A DNA stretch of 36,327 bases from an uncultured Oxalobacter sp. (GCA_964636975.1 CAZWTQ010000002.1:27374-63700), one strand, 5' to 3'; shown: positions 9,981 through 20,938, numbered from the stretch's first letter. The notes: a model not told the origin generated them from the letters alone. Translations and numbers: made by a program.

Positions 9981-10709
9981 ATGTTAATTTACGCTGACCA
10001 GTCAAAGTTCGATAAAACCGGTAAATCCTATTTTAATAAACCGACACCTCGCCACATCCGCAGTTTCGTCACCCGGACAGGACGTATCTCAACCGGTCAA
10101 AAACGGGCTCTTCGGGAATTGAGCTCTGCTTTCTGTGTTCCTTATGAAAAGCAACTGCTAGACTACCTCACCCTGTTTAACCGCAAGGCGGATACCATCC
10201 TAGAAATCGGCTTTGGCATGGGCGAAACCACTGCAACTATCGCTGAAACCTTGTCTCATCTGAATTTCATCGGTGTAGAAGTACATACTCCTGGTGTGGG
10301 CGCTCTGTTAAAACTCATTGGAGAAAAACAGCTGAAAAATATCCGCATCATCCAACACGATGCGGTGGAGGTAATGGAAAATATGATTCCTGATGACTCT
10401 CTCGCTGGCGTCCATATCTTCTTTCCGGATCCTTGGCATAAGGCAAAGCACCAAAAACGGCGTTTGATCCAATCCGGTTTCGTACATTTCCTCTGTTCCA
10501 AACTCAAACAAGGCGCTTACCTGCACTGTGCTACCGACTGGAAAAACTACGCAATGCAAATGCTAACAGTCCTAAGTGCAGAACCATTACTGACAAATAC
10601 CGCCGATGGCTATGCCATTCGACCAGATTACCGCCCGACCACCAAGTTCGAAAAACGGGGAATGCGTCTAGGGCACAGCGTTTGGGACTTGATATTCCAG
10701 AAAAGATAG
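9981..10709 (+). CDS. trmB: tRNA (guanine-46-N7)-methyltransferase
   Basis: [37 protein letters not shown]. Confidence 0.97.
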   Translation: MLIYADQSKFDKTGKSYFNKPTPRHIRSFVTRTGRISTGQKRALRELSSAFCVPYEKQLLDYLTLFNRKADTILEIGFGMGETTATIAETLSHLNFIGVEVHTPGVGALLKLIGEKQLKNIRIIQHDAVEVMENMIPDDSLAGVHIFFPDPWHKAKHQKRRLIQSGFVHFLCSKLKQGAYLHCATDWKNYAMQMLTVLSAEPLLTNTADGYAIRPDYRPTTKFEKRGMRLGHSVWDLIFQKR

Positions 10710-10767
10710 CAACAGCACGCTTGAGAAGTTTTTCCAAACGTTTTTCTGATAAAAGCCTTAATCGATA

Positions 10768-13700
10768 TCAACGTAGGGAGAAATCGACTTTGTTGGCACC
10801 GTCAGCACCTTTTTCACTCTGTAAGACATATAGACGACCTTCTGGAAGTTTACCTTTTTCCAGTAACCATTCCTTGACCGCTAGTCCACGTTGATTCGCC
10901 AGTTTCAGTAGTTCATCCTCGGTAACTGATTTCGCATAATGCTTGGATAGCAATAGTTCCATCTCTTCTGTCGGCAAGGATTTATCCAATCCGATCCAGT
11001 TGGATGGTTTCTTGAATTTTTCTTTCTTATAAAGCTGTTTCAGTTTATCTGCATATTCAGAGTCGCTGATTATGACATCATCGGTTTCAGACTGCCTTGC
11101 TTCTTTACGTTTCATTTCGTGTATTTTCTGGAGAATTCGCTGTTTGCCAATACCAATAGCATCGAGTCCAAGATCGTATTTGCCAGTAATCTCTAACTGC
11201 AGTGCCGGTCGTTCATTCAAAGCCTTCGTCAGGGATTCAAGAACTTTTGCTTCCTTGTCGGTAATCGTTGCAGTTCCCGGATTGAATGGCAGGTAGGACA
11301 GTTCAACATCACTGCCGATCAGTGATGACAGCAAGTTAAATGGCGCAGTAACTGCCTTGGTCAACACATTGACAATCACTTTGATGATAATACCTCCAAC
11401 CGAGAACTGCGGATCATCCAAAGAACCACCAATCGGCAGATTCAAATCGATAACCCCGTTGCGATCTTTAAGTAGCGCTAATGCCAGACGGACTGGCAGT
11501 TTGATAGCATCAGGGCTTTCAACTTCCTTACCCAAGGTCAGCTGATCCAGGATCAACTGGTTTTCAGCCTGGAGCTTGCGGTCTGCAATCTTGTAAGCAA
11601 CATCAAACGACAACTTGCCTTTTGCAATGCCATAACCGATATACTTTCCGGAATACGAGCTGAACTGCGACAGCTCCATTCCCTTGACTGAAGCCTTGAT
11701 ATCCAACGAAAGTTTCTGACTCAATAGATTGGCAATACCGATAATGTTCAACGGGGCTCCGTTAACTTTGCCATGAATTTCAATATGTGACTGGGTATCC
11801 GCACTGGTGGAGATATGTTCCACATTGCCATTCAGACGCATCAGGTCTGCAGTGTAATGCGGACGAATGAAATTGTCTGTGAAGCGGACACGACCATTAG
11901 TTAAAGTAAATTTCCGAATTGCCAATGAATAGCTCGGCGGTGTATTTTCATCGGCAGAGGTGTAAGCCGTTTCTTTTGGTGTGACCCCATCCTGTGTAGC
12001 ATCATGCGATTCTGTTACGCTCGATGCATCTTCTGCCACTGTTTCCTGCGGTTTAGCGTCTTCTGGTTTGACTCCTGCTTCTGCCTTGTCCAACGGCAGC
12101 CCTTCATCACTCTGGGTCAAGCTCTTCTTACCCCCAGCAGCACTTCTCAAGATGTCATTGACATTCAGAACACCATTTTCCTTCAGGATGATCCTGGCAA
12201 AAAACTGATCCAGCAAAATATGATCAACCACAATATTCAATGGATCCAAGCTCGCCCTAATCCCATTAAGTTTCAGGAATTTCCAATCGACAAACGGCTG
12301 CTTGGTCATCTGGTCAATGGTGACTAGGCGGTCAATGACCGCATTCCCTGCAAAAGTTCCTTTCAGTTTATCTCCAATCTTGGAGACCTGTGCCCGTCCT
12401 TGGACAGATAAATTCGCTCGCCTGATAGTCAAATTAACTTTTTCATCAATGAATGGCTGGATAAATGTAATATCCACACCTTTGAGATCCAAATTTAGAT
12501 CTGCTTTCAATGGCATAAGTGCCACAGTCCCTTTGACATCCAATGTTCCCCGTTCATTAACTTTGGCGGTTACAACCACTAATGCCGGCTTTTTAAAATC
12601 ACTGGACAGTTTCTCAACACTGATATTCAAATTATCCACCCTTGTCGTTACATTCTTGCCTGCCAAAGTATTCTGGAACATAACGCCCCAATCTTTAAGG
12701 TCAATCCTGTCAATCAAGAAACCAAAACTATCACTTGCTACTTTCGCTACCTGACGAACAGCTACCTGGGCTTTCTGCTGGACACTGGCAGGAGGTGCTT
12801 TCATCGCAAACTGGATATGCACCCCTTCTGAAAGAACATCGCCAATGGTGACATCCTTTTCGGCCAGATCAATCATCACATCATCAATCTGCAGATTAAA
12901 ATCCTTCAAAACAAAATCCGATGGCACTTGCCGCATACCATCGTTGACCTTGATGATCCCACTTTCAATTCCCAGTCTCTTCAGGGTGATAACCATAGTG
13001 CTGGAAGAAGATTCCTCAGAAGATAAAGTAGTTCCATCAGTAGCCGGAACTTGAGCATTTGGGTCTTTCAGGATAACGGGCTCATAACCGCTGTTTGCAT
13101 CAGTAATTGGCGTCAATTTAGCCATCTGTTCCAGGTTCCATTGTCCCGCTGTGTTGCGTTCCAGATTAATTTCTGGTTGTTTTAGTAGGATTTCGGCGAT
13201 ATTGATGTTGCCTGCCAAAACATCGCTCTTGTCCAAAGTGACAGCGAAACGAGGCAGATTAACTGCTGATTTTCCATTTAACTCTGTTACCACCAGGGAA
13301 TTCAATGCCACATCTCCACTGACAGCCAATCCCATTTCTCCTGTTTCCGGTTTCACAAACCCAACCTTTAAGTCAGTATCCAGCCTACCGTCCTTGAGAA
13401 TGAAATTCGTCTTGAACGGCATATATTCCATATAAGACAACAAATTCAAGGCTTCCAATTTGACATTGACATTACCTTCTTTATCTCTGGAAAACGCCCG
13501 AGCCTTACCGCCCAACTCGAATTTTTCATGATTGATATTGGCACTCAACGCCAAGTCAACATGAATATTCACTTTGGAAGGAATGTTTGAGATAAACGGG
13601 ATAGAGAGATTTAATGAATCGATCAAGTGCTTCTTGCTTTTGGGTTGGTCATCAAAGGTAATAGTACCGTCTTTGATCTGGATATTATTGACGGAGAAAT

Positions 13701-14205
13701 ACGTCGGTTTCTTGTCTTTTTCCGGTTTCAGAGCAAAAGCCATGAAATCATCAAAATTGTAATGGTTCTTACCTGTCCGAATCAGATGGATAACCGGTTT
13801 TTCCAGCTCAACCTCTTCAATAACCGGTGCCAAACGAAAAATGGATTCAGTTGACAGGTTGATAGCTAGTTTCTCAAACGAAACAAAATCTTCTTTACTA
13901 CCCTGTTCAGAAAGATGAAGCCCCTCCATTTTAACCGTTAACGTCAGTGGATTAAAAGACACTTCCTTGAAATCAACCGTTCGGTGAAATTTTTCAGCAA
14001 CAAATTCCTGTGCTTTGGATTTGATGATGCTTGGTAGTGCCAGAATACCGAAAGCACACCAGACCACCATGAAAGTGCCGATGCCGATCGCTGTCCATTT
14101 GACCCAACGCTTGCGCAAGACTCCCTTCAGTCTGGTCATAAAATCTGGTTTTTTAGCAGAGCCTTCAGGGGGATCCTCTGTTGGAACTTGTGTCTGATCC
14201 TGCAT
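10768..14205 (-). CDS. DUF748-repeat (AsmA-like) envelope protein with a C-terminal OmpA-like region
   Basis: Single N-terminal TM, repeated beta-rich units (FNPLTL, YNFDDF, QWNL, GVLNV), C-terminal LPVRLALALLKDRNGVIDLNLPIGGSLDDPQFSVGG...KAVTAPF...RPALQLEITG; ATG 14205 has a GAGGTG RBS (alternative TTG 14226). Confidence 0.85.
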   Translation of the reverse strand: MQDQTQVPTEDPPEGSAKKPDFMTRLKGVLRKRWVKWTAIGIGTFMVVWCAFGILALPSIIKSKAQEFVAEKFHRTVDFKEVSFNPLTLTVKMEGLHLSEQGSKEDFVSFEKLAINLSTESIFRLAPVIEEVELEKPVIHLIRTGKNHYNFDDFMAFALKPEKDKKPTYFSVNNIQIKDGTITFDDQPKSKKHLIDSLNLSIPFISNIPSKVNIHVDLALSANINHEKFELGGKARAFSRDKEGNVNVKLEALNLLSYMEYMPFKTNFILKDGRLDTDLKVGFVKPETGEMGLAVSGDVALNSLVVTELNGKSAVNLPRFAVTLDKSDVLAGNINIAEILLKQPEINLERNTAGQWNLEQMAKLTPITDANSGYEPVILKDPNAQVPATDGTTLSSEESSSSTMVITLKRLGIESGIIKVNDGMRQVPSDFVLKDFNLQIDDVMIDLAEKDVTIGDVLSEGVHIQFAMKAPPASVQQKAQVAVRQVAKVASDSFGFLIDRIDLKDWGVMFQNTLAGKNVTTRVDNLNISVEKLSSDFKKPALVVVTAKVNERGTLDVKGTVALMPLKADLNLDLKGVDITFIQPFIDEKVNLTIRRANLSVQGRAQVSKIGDKLKGTFAGNAVIDRLVTIDQMTKQPFVDWKFLKLNGIRASLDPLNIVVDHILLDQFFARIILKENGVLNVNDILRSAAGGKKSLTQSDEGLPLDKAEAGVKPEDAKPQETVAEDASSVTESHDATQDGVTPKETAYTSADENTPPSYSLAIRKFTLTNGRVRFTDNFIRPHYTADLMRLNGNVEHISTSADTQSHIEIHGKVNGAPLNIIGIANLLSQKLSLDIKASVKGMELSQFSSYSGKYIGYGIAKGKLSFDVAYKIADRKLQAENQLILDQLTLGKEVESPDAIKLPVRLALALLKDRNGVIDLNLPIGGSLDDPQFSVGGIIIKVIVNVLTKAVTAPFNLLSSLIGSDVELSYLPFNPGTATITDKEAKVLESLTKALNERPALQLEITGKYDLGLDAIGIGKQRILQKIHEMKRKEARQSETDDVIISDSEYADKLKQLYKKEKFKKPSNWIGLDKSLPTEEMELLLSKHYAKSVTEDELLKLANQRGLAVKEWLLEKGKLPEGRLYVLQSEKGADGANKVDFSLR

Positions 14206-14266
14206 CGCTACCACCTCTTTCTGCAATCACTCCTTAAAGGAACAACCTTTTTCAAACTGCTATACT

Positions 14267-14506
14267 CTACACGGCTATCTTAAAGAAAAGCATCCCTAAG
14301 ATAAACCCTAAAAACAGGAAAAAACAAATTTTGCTCAAAAAGACTGAAATGCATGGAAACACACTATTACTTACTACTCTTCTCTTGCCTTTTGAAGATT
14401 TCAAGGAAGCAACGTCTTTCTGGATACTTCGAAAATCATGTGTCACGCTCCCTTCCACTTTCTCCTCATTTGGGAACACATCCTTCTGACTGGAACGAAT
14501 TTTCAT
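14267..14506 (-). CDS. Hypothetical 79-aa protein with a C-terminal hydrophobic segment
   Basis: ATG-started ORF ending 40-60 bp upstream of the DUF748 gene on the same strand; basic stretch followed by a TM-like tail; no clear RBS. Confidence 0.25.
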   Translation of the reverse strand: MKIRSSQKDVFPNEEKVEGSVTHDFRSIQKDVASLKSSKGKRRVVSNSVFPCISVFLSKICFFLFLGFILGMLFFKIAV

Positions 14507-15143
14507 GACAGTATCAGAATATCCGAACCACTGCTAGCCAAGTTGGCATATATCTGTGCTCGATTCAGTCTAAAATCATGCTACTTGAGTCAGAAAGCAC
14601 GGCTCAACATATCTTCATCGACCATTTTTAAGATACTGAGATACACTGCAATGAAATACGATGCCAGATACTATTCCTAGCCTTATGGGAATACTTATCA
14701 CATATCATCGAACATACCATAGATTCCAATACCTTGTTCCATCATCTTCGGCAAGACACCCTGATTTATGCGTTCCGACACCATTCTCAGCAATCTACCA
14801 ACATAATGAACCTCTAACTCACAGGCAATTACAAGAGTGACTGCTCTAAAACTTTGAAATCCATTGTCAATCGCCTGTCAGACCGAACAATGACCCTCTT
14901 TAGATACTTCAACTTCCAAGTTTCTACCGATAATAAATTCCCGAAACTTAGATGAACAATATAAGTACTTTTGACTCAACAATAATGCCTACATGACTCA
15001 ATTCTACGGTTTCATTTCCTCCCTACATCAGCAGGTATCATCAATTACTCCTATTCCATGAAACCTCTTCGTCAACAAGACTATCTTTTTCCCCATTGCA
15101 ACAGATAGAGGAAGAAGCATCAAACAATACTTACTTATTACCA

Positions 15144-15704
15144 TTACCGTTTTGGTGCAGGATAACTGACTTCGAGAATTTCCAGTTCTTCAGAACCGTT
15201 TGGTGTATGCAAGGTCACAATATCGCCTTCATGAGCCTTAATGAGGGTTTTTGCCACTGGAGATATCCAGCTGATACGACCTTTCAATGGATCGAATTCA
15301 TCAATACCGACGATGGTGACCGTATTTTTCCCCCCGTCTTCGCGAACATACGTCACCGTAGCGCCGAAAAATATCTGATCATTACCATAATGAATGCTTG
15401 GATCAAATTCTTCCGCAGACTCAATCCGCTTGAGCAGGAAACGCAAACGTCGGTCAATCTCACGTAAACGACGTTTACCATAAATATAGTCACCGTTTTC
15501 CGAACGATCACCGTTGGAAGCCGCCCAAGAAACGATGGAAACGATTTGCGGTCGTTCATGATCAATCAGGTCAAGATACTCATCTTTGAGCGCCTTCAGC
15601 CCCTCAGGGGTAATGTAATTCTTGAAGCCCATTGGTAGAATAGGTATCTCTGTTTGGGCTTCTCCATTATTTTGGTCGGAATCTTTAGTAAAGGCTTTGC
15701 TCAT
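15144..15704 (-). CDS. greB: Transcription elongation factor GreB
   Basis: MSKAFTK, NYITPEG, VSWAASNGDRSENGDYIYGKRRLREIDRR, ISWISPVA. Confidence 0.96.
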   Translation of the reverse strand: MSKAFTKDSDQNNGEAQTEIPILPMGFKNYITPEGLKALKDEYLDLIDHERPQIVSIVSWAASNGDRSENGDYIYGKRRLREIDRRLRFLLKRIESAEEFDPSIHYGNDQIFFGATVTYVREDGGKNTVTIVGIDEFDPLKGRISWISPVAKTLIKAHEGDIVTLHTPNGSEELEILEVSYPAPKR

Positions 15705-15760
15705 AGTTCCCCCAAAACACGAAGCGGTACACTGCTCCGAGCACTGTCTCTATCTGCTTC

Positions 15761-17296
15761 TCAATCACTACCAGAAGCACGAAACAGACTCAACTGATTG
15801 CGGATGCCTTCATCCGAAGGAGCAAACGCTGAATCAGGATGTAGGCGGGATTCTTCCAACCTATCCAGATATTCTGGCGTTACATCCCCAGTAATGTAAA
15901 TCCCGTCAAAACAGGAAGCATCAAAGCTAGTAAGAGCAGGATTGATATCTGTCACAGACCGTTTAAGATCCGCCAGATCTTGATAGATTAATGCATCAGC
16001 TGTGATTTCACGACGGATTTCCTCGACAGTTTGTCCTCTACCCGCAATAAGTTCTTTGTGAGTCGACATATTGATGCCATAAACATTCGGATAACGAACT
16101 GGTGGTGCTGCAGAAGCAAACATGACTTTATTAGCACCAGCATCACGAACCATCTGGATAATTTCACGACATGTAGTTCCCCGAACAATAGAATCATCGA
16201 CCAGCAAAACATTCTTGCCCTTAAATTCAGATCCGATGGTGCTAAGTTTCTGACGAACAGACCTTTTCCGAACAGCCTGACCAGGCATGATGAAAGTACG
16301 TCCGATATAGCGGTTCTTGATCATGCCTTCACGGTACTCGATACCCAGTTTTAGCGCCAACTGAATGGTAGCAGGGCGTGAAGAATCCGGAATTGGCATA
16401 ACAACATCAATATCGCCTGCAGGGATTTCATACTTGATTTTCTCTGCTAGGTATTCACCCATTTTCAGGCGAGTTGCATAGACCAAAGCTCCATCAATCA
16501 GGGAATCCGGACGAGCGAAATAAACATATTCAAAAATACAGGGGTTCAAGCTCGGATTTTCAGCGCATTGGCTACAGAAAAGCTCTCCATCTAGGTCGAT
16601 AAAAACAGCTTCGCCTGGAGCGATGTCCCGCAAGAAACGGAAACCCAAACCTTCAAGTGCCACAGATTCACTAGCAATCATATACTCCGTACTGCCATTG
16701 ATTTCAGCATAACCAATGCATAATGGACGAATGCCATAAGGATCACGGAAAGCTAGGATACCGTAACCAGCAATATGAGCTACAGCTGCATAAGCACCCC
16801 GAACCCGACGATGCAGCGCTCTGACAGCATTGAACAGCGAAGAGGGATCCAAGGAAGCATTATTGGATACCTGTTGGATCTCATGTGCCAGTACATTGAG
16901 CAGAACTTCTGAATCAGAATTAGTATTGATATGACGACGGTCATTGCGAAACATATCTGCTTTGAGCTCATCGCAGTTTGTCAGGTTGCCATTATGAGCA
17001 AATGTCATCCCAAATGGAGCATTGACATAGAATGGTTGCGCTTCTTCTTCATTTCGTGCAGAGCCGGCAGTCGGATAACGGACATGTCCAATACCACAGA
17101 CACCAGGTAATGCCCGCATGTTACGGGTACGGAACACATCCCTAACCAAGCCGTTTGCCTTGAACATGGCGAATTTACCATTGTTGCAAGTTGCAATACC
17201 AGCTGCATCTTGCCCGCGGTGCTGCAGAAGCTGCAATGCATCGTAAATCAGCTGATTGACTGGCGATTTTGACACGATACCAACAATCCCACACAC
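15761..17296 (-). CDS. purF: Amidophosphoribosyltransferase
   Basis: N-terminal (M)CGIVG, LQHRGQD, GHVRYPTAG, HNGNL, VDDSIVRGTT; GTG start. Confidence 0.98.
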   Translation of the reverse strand: MCGIVGIVSKSPVNQLIYDALQLLQHRGQDAAGIATCNNGKFAMFKANGLVRDVFRTRNMRALPGVCGIGHVRYPTAGSARNEEEAQPFYVNAPFGMTFAHNGNLTNCDELKADMFRNDRRHINTNSDSEVLLNVLAHEIQQVSNNASLDPSSLFNAVRALHRRVRGAYAAVAHIAGYGILAFRDPYGIRPLCIGYAEINGSTEYMIASESVALEGLGFRFLRDIAPGEAVFIDLDGELFCSQCAENPSLNPCIFEYVYFARPDSLIDGALVYATRLKMGEYLAEKIKYEIPAGDIDVVMPIPDSSRPATIQLALKLGIEYREGMIKNRYIGRTFIMPGQAVRKRSVRQKLSTIGSEFKGKNVLLVDDSIVRGTTCREIIQMVRDAGANKVMFASAAPPVRYPNVYGINMSTHKELIAGRGQTVEEIRREITADALIYQDLADLKRSVTDINPALTSFDASCFDGIYITGDVTPEYLDRLEESRLHPDSAFAPSDEGIRNQLSLFRASGSD

Positions 17297-17335
17297 GGTA
17301 ATCTCCTTACTTAAAATAACAACTGTTACCCAACC

Positions 17336-17824
17336 TTAGTAACGTATCTGTTTTGCCAGATAGTCTGGCAGGAAAGGTAGTGCCTGCTTTGCCAACGTAA
17401 CCATCACTGGAGAAAGCCAAGCATCCCGCCAGAACGGTTTCTGCGGCAAATCTGTCAACCCTGCCAACAATACTAATGTCAGTGTAATGAGCATGCCCTT
17501 GCAAAACCCGAAAGCTACACCCAGTAGCCGATCCAAAGACGACAGACCAACAGCACTAACCATGCTACTGGCCATTCTACTTACCAACCAAACTAGAATC
17601 CTCGTCCCGATGAACATCACTAAGAATAAGATGATGGCACCGATCGTTCCTTCCGTCATCGAATTAGGTAGCCATGGAGCTATCATATCGCCGAAATGGG
17701 TTGCTACATAAAAGGCAAGCACCCAACCTGCCAGTGAAGCCGCCTCTTTGATGGCACCGCTAACCATACTACGAAGCATCAACCCTCCGACTAACAGGAC
17801 TAGCAGAATATCAAACCATGTCAA
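17336..17824 (-). CDS. cvpA: Colicin V production protein CvpA
   Basis: Four TM segments, GLSSLDRLLGVAFG motif; cvpA-purF synteny. Confidence 0.92.
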   Translation of the reverse strand: MTWFDILLVLLVGGLMLRSMVSGAIKEAASLAGWVLAFYVATHFGDMIAPWLPNSMTEGTIGAIILFLVMFIGTRILVWLVSRMASSMVSAVGLSSLDRLLGVAFGFCKGMLITLTLVLLAGLTDLPQKPFWRDAWLSPVMVTLAKQALPFLPDYLAKQIRY

Positions 17825-17844
17825 GGCACTACTCCATCCATCAG

Positions 17845-18537
17845 TCAGTGCCGCTTCGTTTTGTTGGCAATTATCTGACCGATCAGGTCACTGCTAGAAG
17901 CTTTCCTCCTGGTGGCATCTCTCCGTTCTACCAGGACCTTACGCTCTTTCTCTACCCGTTCCTCATCGTTTTTTTTATGGGCAGTTCTGGTTTTTGCTCC
18001 GCGTTCTTTTTCTACCCATTCGCGACCAACCTTATCAGTTTTTGCATTCCCCATAGAACGGTCAGCCTCTGCTTCTTTTACGGGTTCAGAAACCAGAACA
18101 GGCATTGTATTGTTGACTGTTTGCCCGGATACTGTGGCATTCATATTTTGTGACGTAACAGACTGGTTCGGTAACGGTTTGGCGGGCTGATCAGTAGCAG
18201 GCTGTATTCCCTGTTCTGCCTTCACAGACTGTGCTTCAGGCAAGGGAACAGGAGAAGGCGTATGGGAATCAACCTGCACCGCTAGACTCAAGTTTGGTTT
18301 CTGTGGTTTGGATTCAAAGACCAACGGCAGGACGATCAACGCAACGACCACAAGGACAATTGATCCGATCAGCCGACGACGTGCACGCTGCTTTTCTGGA
18401 AGCTGTGGATCAACCTCGTCGACGACTCCGTGCCCACGCTTTCCCTGTTTCTCAATGTCAGGTGATACATTCCGACCCACAGCCCGATTATCGCCCTGTG
18501 CCGCTTTTTTCCGGCGGAAAAATGAAAACAGACTCAT
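17845..18537 (-). CDS. dedD: DedD-family cell division protein lacking a recognisable SPOR domain
   Basis: PEKQRARRRLIGSIVLVVVALIVLPLVFE is the DedD N-terminal/TM signature; folC-dedD-cvpA position; low-complexity linker and charged C-terminus. Confidence 0.8.
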   Translation of the reverse strand: MSLFSFFRRKKAAQGDNRAVGRNVSPDIEKQGKRGHGVVDEVDPQLPEKQRARRRLIGSIVLVVVALIVLPLVFESKPQKPNLSLAVQVDSHTPSPVPLPEAQSVKAEQGIQPATDQPAKPLPNQSVTSQNMNATVSGQTVNNTMPVLVSEPVKEAEADRSMGNAKTDKVGREWVEKERGAKTRTAHKKNDEERVEKERKVLVERRDATRRKASSSDLIGQIIANKTKRH

Positions 18538-18572
18538 GCAATCAATGATGGTTTGCAGGACTTCTAAGATGT

Positions 18573-19853
18573 TTAGGCTACTGTAACACCTGTAACAACC
18601 CAGAATGATCCAAATGCGATTATTCTATCATTATTCGATGCGTTTTTCCGCGCGTTGTCCAAAGCTTTTTCTGCCTCATCGTATGTCGTAACCCGCTCTT
18701 TCGGAACGCCGGCCGCCAGCAATTTCTCCAAAAGTATCCCTGCCTTTGCTGCCCTAGTCAAAGGTAGATTGGTGACATACCATGCATCTATCTTATCTTT
18801 TAGAACATGGATGATTCCATCAATGTCTTTATCCGCCATGGCTCCGTAAACCGCCAGCGTTCTGCCTTGACATGGCAATGTTTGCAAATTGTCCGCCAGC
18901 ATTTTGGCTGCATGCGGATTATGTGCAACATCGACAATCACCAGCGGATCTTGCTGGATAATATCAAATCGCCCCGGCAAACGAATCTGCTGCAACGCTT
19001 CGAAAAGAGTTTCAATAACAACCGGCAACTGCCTCCGCAACACATAAATGGTTGTTAGTGCCGTCGCTGCATTAGTCACTTGGCAATTACCATACAAAGA
19101 GGGATGCGGTAATTCCCAGAGAACCGTACCATCCGGTCCGTAATAATGCCATACTTTACCATCTCGCATACCGATATAATCTCTGCCGTATAGCTTCAGG
19201 TCTGCTCCTATTGCTGTTGCATAGTCCAGTAATGACTGAGGGGGATTCTTCTCACCATAAAGGGCAACCTTATCTTTCCGGTAGATACCTGCTTTTTCAA
19301 AACCGATCTTTTCGCAGGTATCCCCTAAAAATGCAACATGGTCAATTGCCACATTGGTGACAATAGCAACGTCGGCATCCAACAAGTTGACAGCATCAAA
19401 TCTTCCACCCAGTCCTACTTCAAAGACCACGACATCCAACCCAGCATCAGCAAAAAGTTTCATCGCCACCAAAGTGGTGAATTCGAAAAATGTCAGAGGA
19501 ACATTGTCACGCACCGTTTCCACCGCTTCAAAAGCAACAACCAACGCTCCATCATCCACCATCTGTCCATCAATTCGAATACGTTCATTGAAGCGGTGAA
19601 TATGGGGAGATGTATATTGTCCAACCCTGTAGCCGGCTGCCCGCCAGAGAGTTTCCAACATCATGCAGGTAGAGCCTTTGCCATTTGTACCACCCACAAC
19701 CACAACAGGGCAGTTAAAGGAAACCGCCAGTCGTTCCTTGACCTTGCTAATACGGTCAAGTCCCAGTGCGATATTCTGTGGGTGCATCGCATTAATCCTT
19801 TCTACCCACTGTGCCAAGCTCCGCCTGGCTTGTGGCTCAACCGTCATTTCCAT
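18573..19853 (-). CDS. folC: Bifunctional dihydrofolate/folylpolyglutamate synthase
   Basis: GTNGKGS, YTSPH, TFFEFTT, EVGLGGRFDAVN, EKAGI, DVAHNPHA, FGSF. Confidence 0.97.
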   Translation of the reverse strand: MEMTVEPQARRSLAQWVERINAMHPQNIALGLDRISKVKERLAVSFNCPVVVVGGTNGKGSTCMMLETLWRAAGYRVGQYTSPHIHRFNERIRIDGQMVDDGALVVAFEAVETVRDNVPLTFFEFTTLVAMKLFADAGLDVVVFEVGLGGRFDAVNLLDADVAIVTNVAIDHVAFLGDTCEKIGFEKAGIYRKDKVALYGEKNPPQSLLDYATAIGADLKLYGRDYIGMRDGKVWHYYGPDGTVLWELPHPSLYGNCQVTNAATALTTIYVLRRQLPVVIETLFEALQQIRLPGRFDIIQQDPLVIVDVAHNPHAAKMLADNLQTLPCQGRTLAVYGAMADKDIDGIIHVLKDKIDAWYVTNLPLTRAAKAGILLEKLLAAGVPKERVTTYDEAEKALDNARKNASNNDRIIAFGSFWVVTGVTVA

Positions 19854-19961
19854 TTCCTTTTTCTACGAAAGAATTGATAACAAGATAACAACAAACACCC
19901 ATCTTCCAGGACAGGCATTTGCACATTTGTAGAAGGTTAATGATACGGAATGCTCCTAGGA

Positions 19962-20819
19962 CTACTTGTATTTACCTAATAGCATCGACAGCAATTCAAA
20001 CAGTTCCTGTTTCATCTTACGACGATCAACAATGCGGTCGATAGCTCCTTTTTCCAGCAGGAACTCTGAGCGCTGGAAACCGGAAGGCAACTTTTCGCGA
20101 ACAGTCTGTTCAATGACACGAGGACCAGCAAACCCAACCAAAGCCTTCGGCTCCGCCAACACCACATCCCCCATGAAAGCAAACGAGGCAGAAACCCCTC
20201 CCATCGTCGGATCTGTCAACACTGTCAGGAAAGGCAAGCCTGCTGCCGTGAGATTAGTCAGACTCATATTGGTTTTCGCCATCTGCATCAGGGAAAGAAG
20301 ACCTTCCTGCATACGGGCACCGCCAGATGCTGTGATGCAGACAAATGGTGCCTTTCGATCAATCGCTGCATTAACTCCTCTGACAAAACGCTCACCGACA
20401 ACCGATCCCATGGATCCACCCATGAACTCGAATTCAAAGCAAGCAACCACAACCGACAAAGCATTGATGGTTCCTCCCAACACAACCAATGCATCCGTTT
20501 CACCTGTTGCTTTTTCTGCATCCTGAAGCCGATCAGGATAACACTTACTATCCTTAAACCCCAACGAATCAACTGGTTCAATCGTTTGTCCGATTTCATA
20601 ACGCTCTTCGACATCCAACAGCAGATTCAGCCTTTCACGGGCACGGATACGCATATGATGGCTACACTTTGGGCAAACACGAACATTAGAATCCAAGTCA
20701 GAACGGTACAGCACCGCTTCGCAGGAAGGACATTTCACCCAGAGCCCCGCTGGCACCTTGCGCTGATTTGCCTGATTCTGGATTCGTGGCAAAGCTGTAT
20801 TGTCAAGCCAACTACTCAT
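19962..20819 (-). CDS. accD: Acetyl-CoA carboxylase carboxyltransferase beta subunit
   Basis: KCPSC...CPKC zinc finger, [27 protein letters not shown]. Confidence 0.98.
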   Translation of the reverse strand: MSSWLDNTALPRIQNQANQRKVPAGLWVKCPSCEAVLYRSDLDSNVRVCPKCSHHMRIRARERLNLLLDVEERYEIGQTIEPVDSLGFKDSKCYPDRLQDAEKATGETDALVVLGGTINALSVVVACFEFEFMGGSMGSVVGERFVRGVNAAIDRKAPFVCITASGGARMQEGLLSLMQMAKTNMSLTNLTAAGLPFLTVLTDPTMGGVSASFAFMGDVVLAEPKALVGFAGPRVIEQTVREKLPSGFQRSEFLLEKGAIDRIVDRRKMKQELFELLSMLLGKYK

Positions 20820-20938
20820 AAACTCTCCTGATCAGATAGACCGTCATAATCGATATAAGAACCTGCCTCCATGCGATCGGCCACCTGAGCTGTCTTTATT
20901 CTTTATAAAACTAAAACTTTATTAGAAACCTAAGCGAA

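Noticed and set aside
19966-20526. Long antisense ORFs, including this 186-aa one and 19338-19877, 29259-29774, 29447-30019 and 31147-31620
   Set aside because: They lie opposite well-conserved genes and show no recognisable motifs; these are shadow ORFs.
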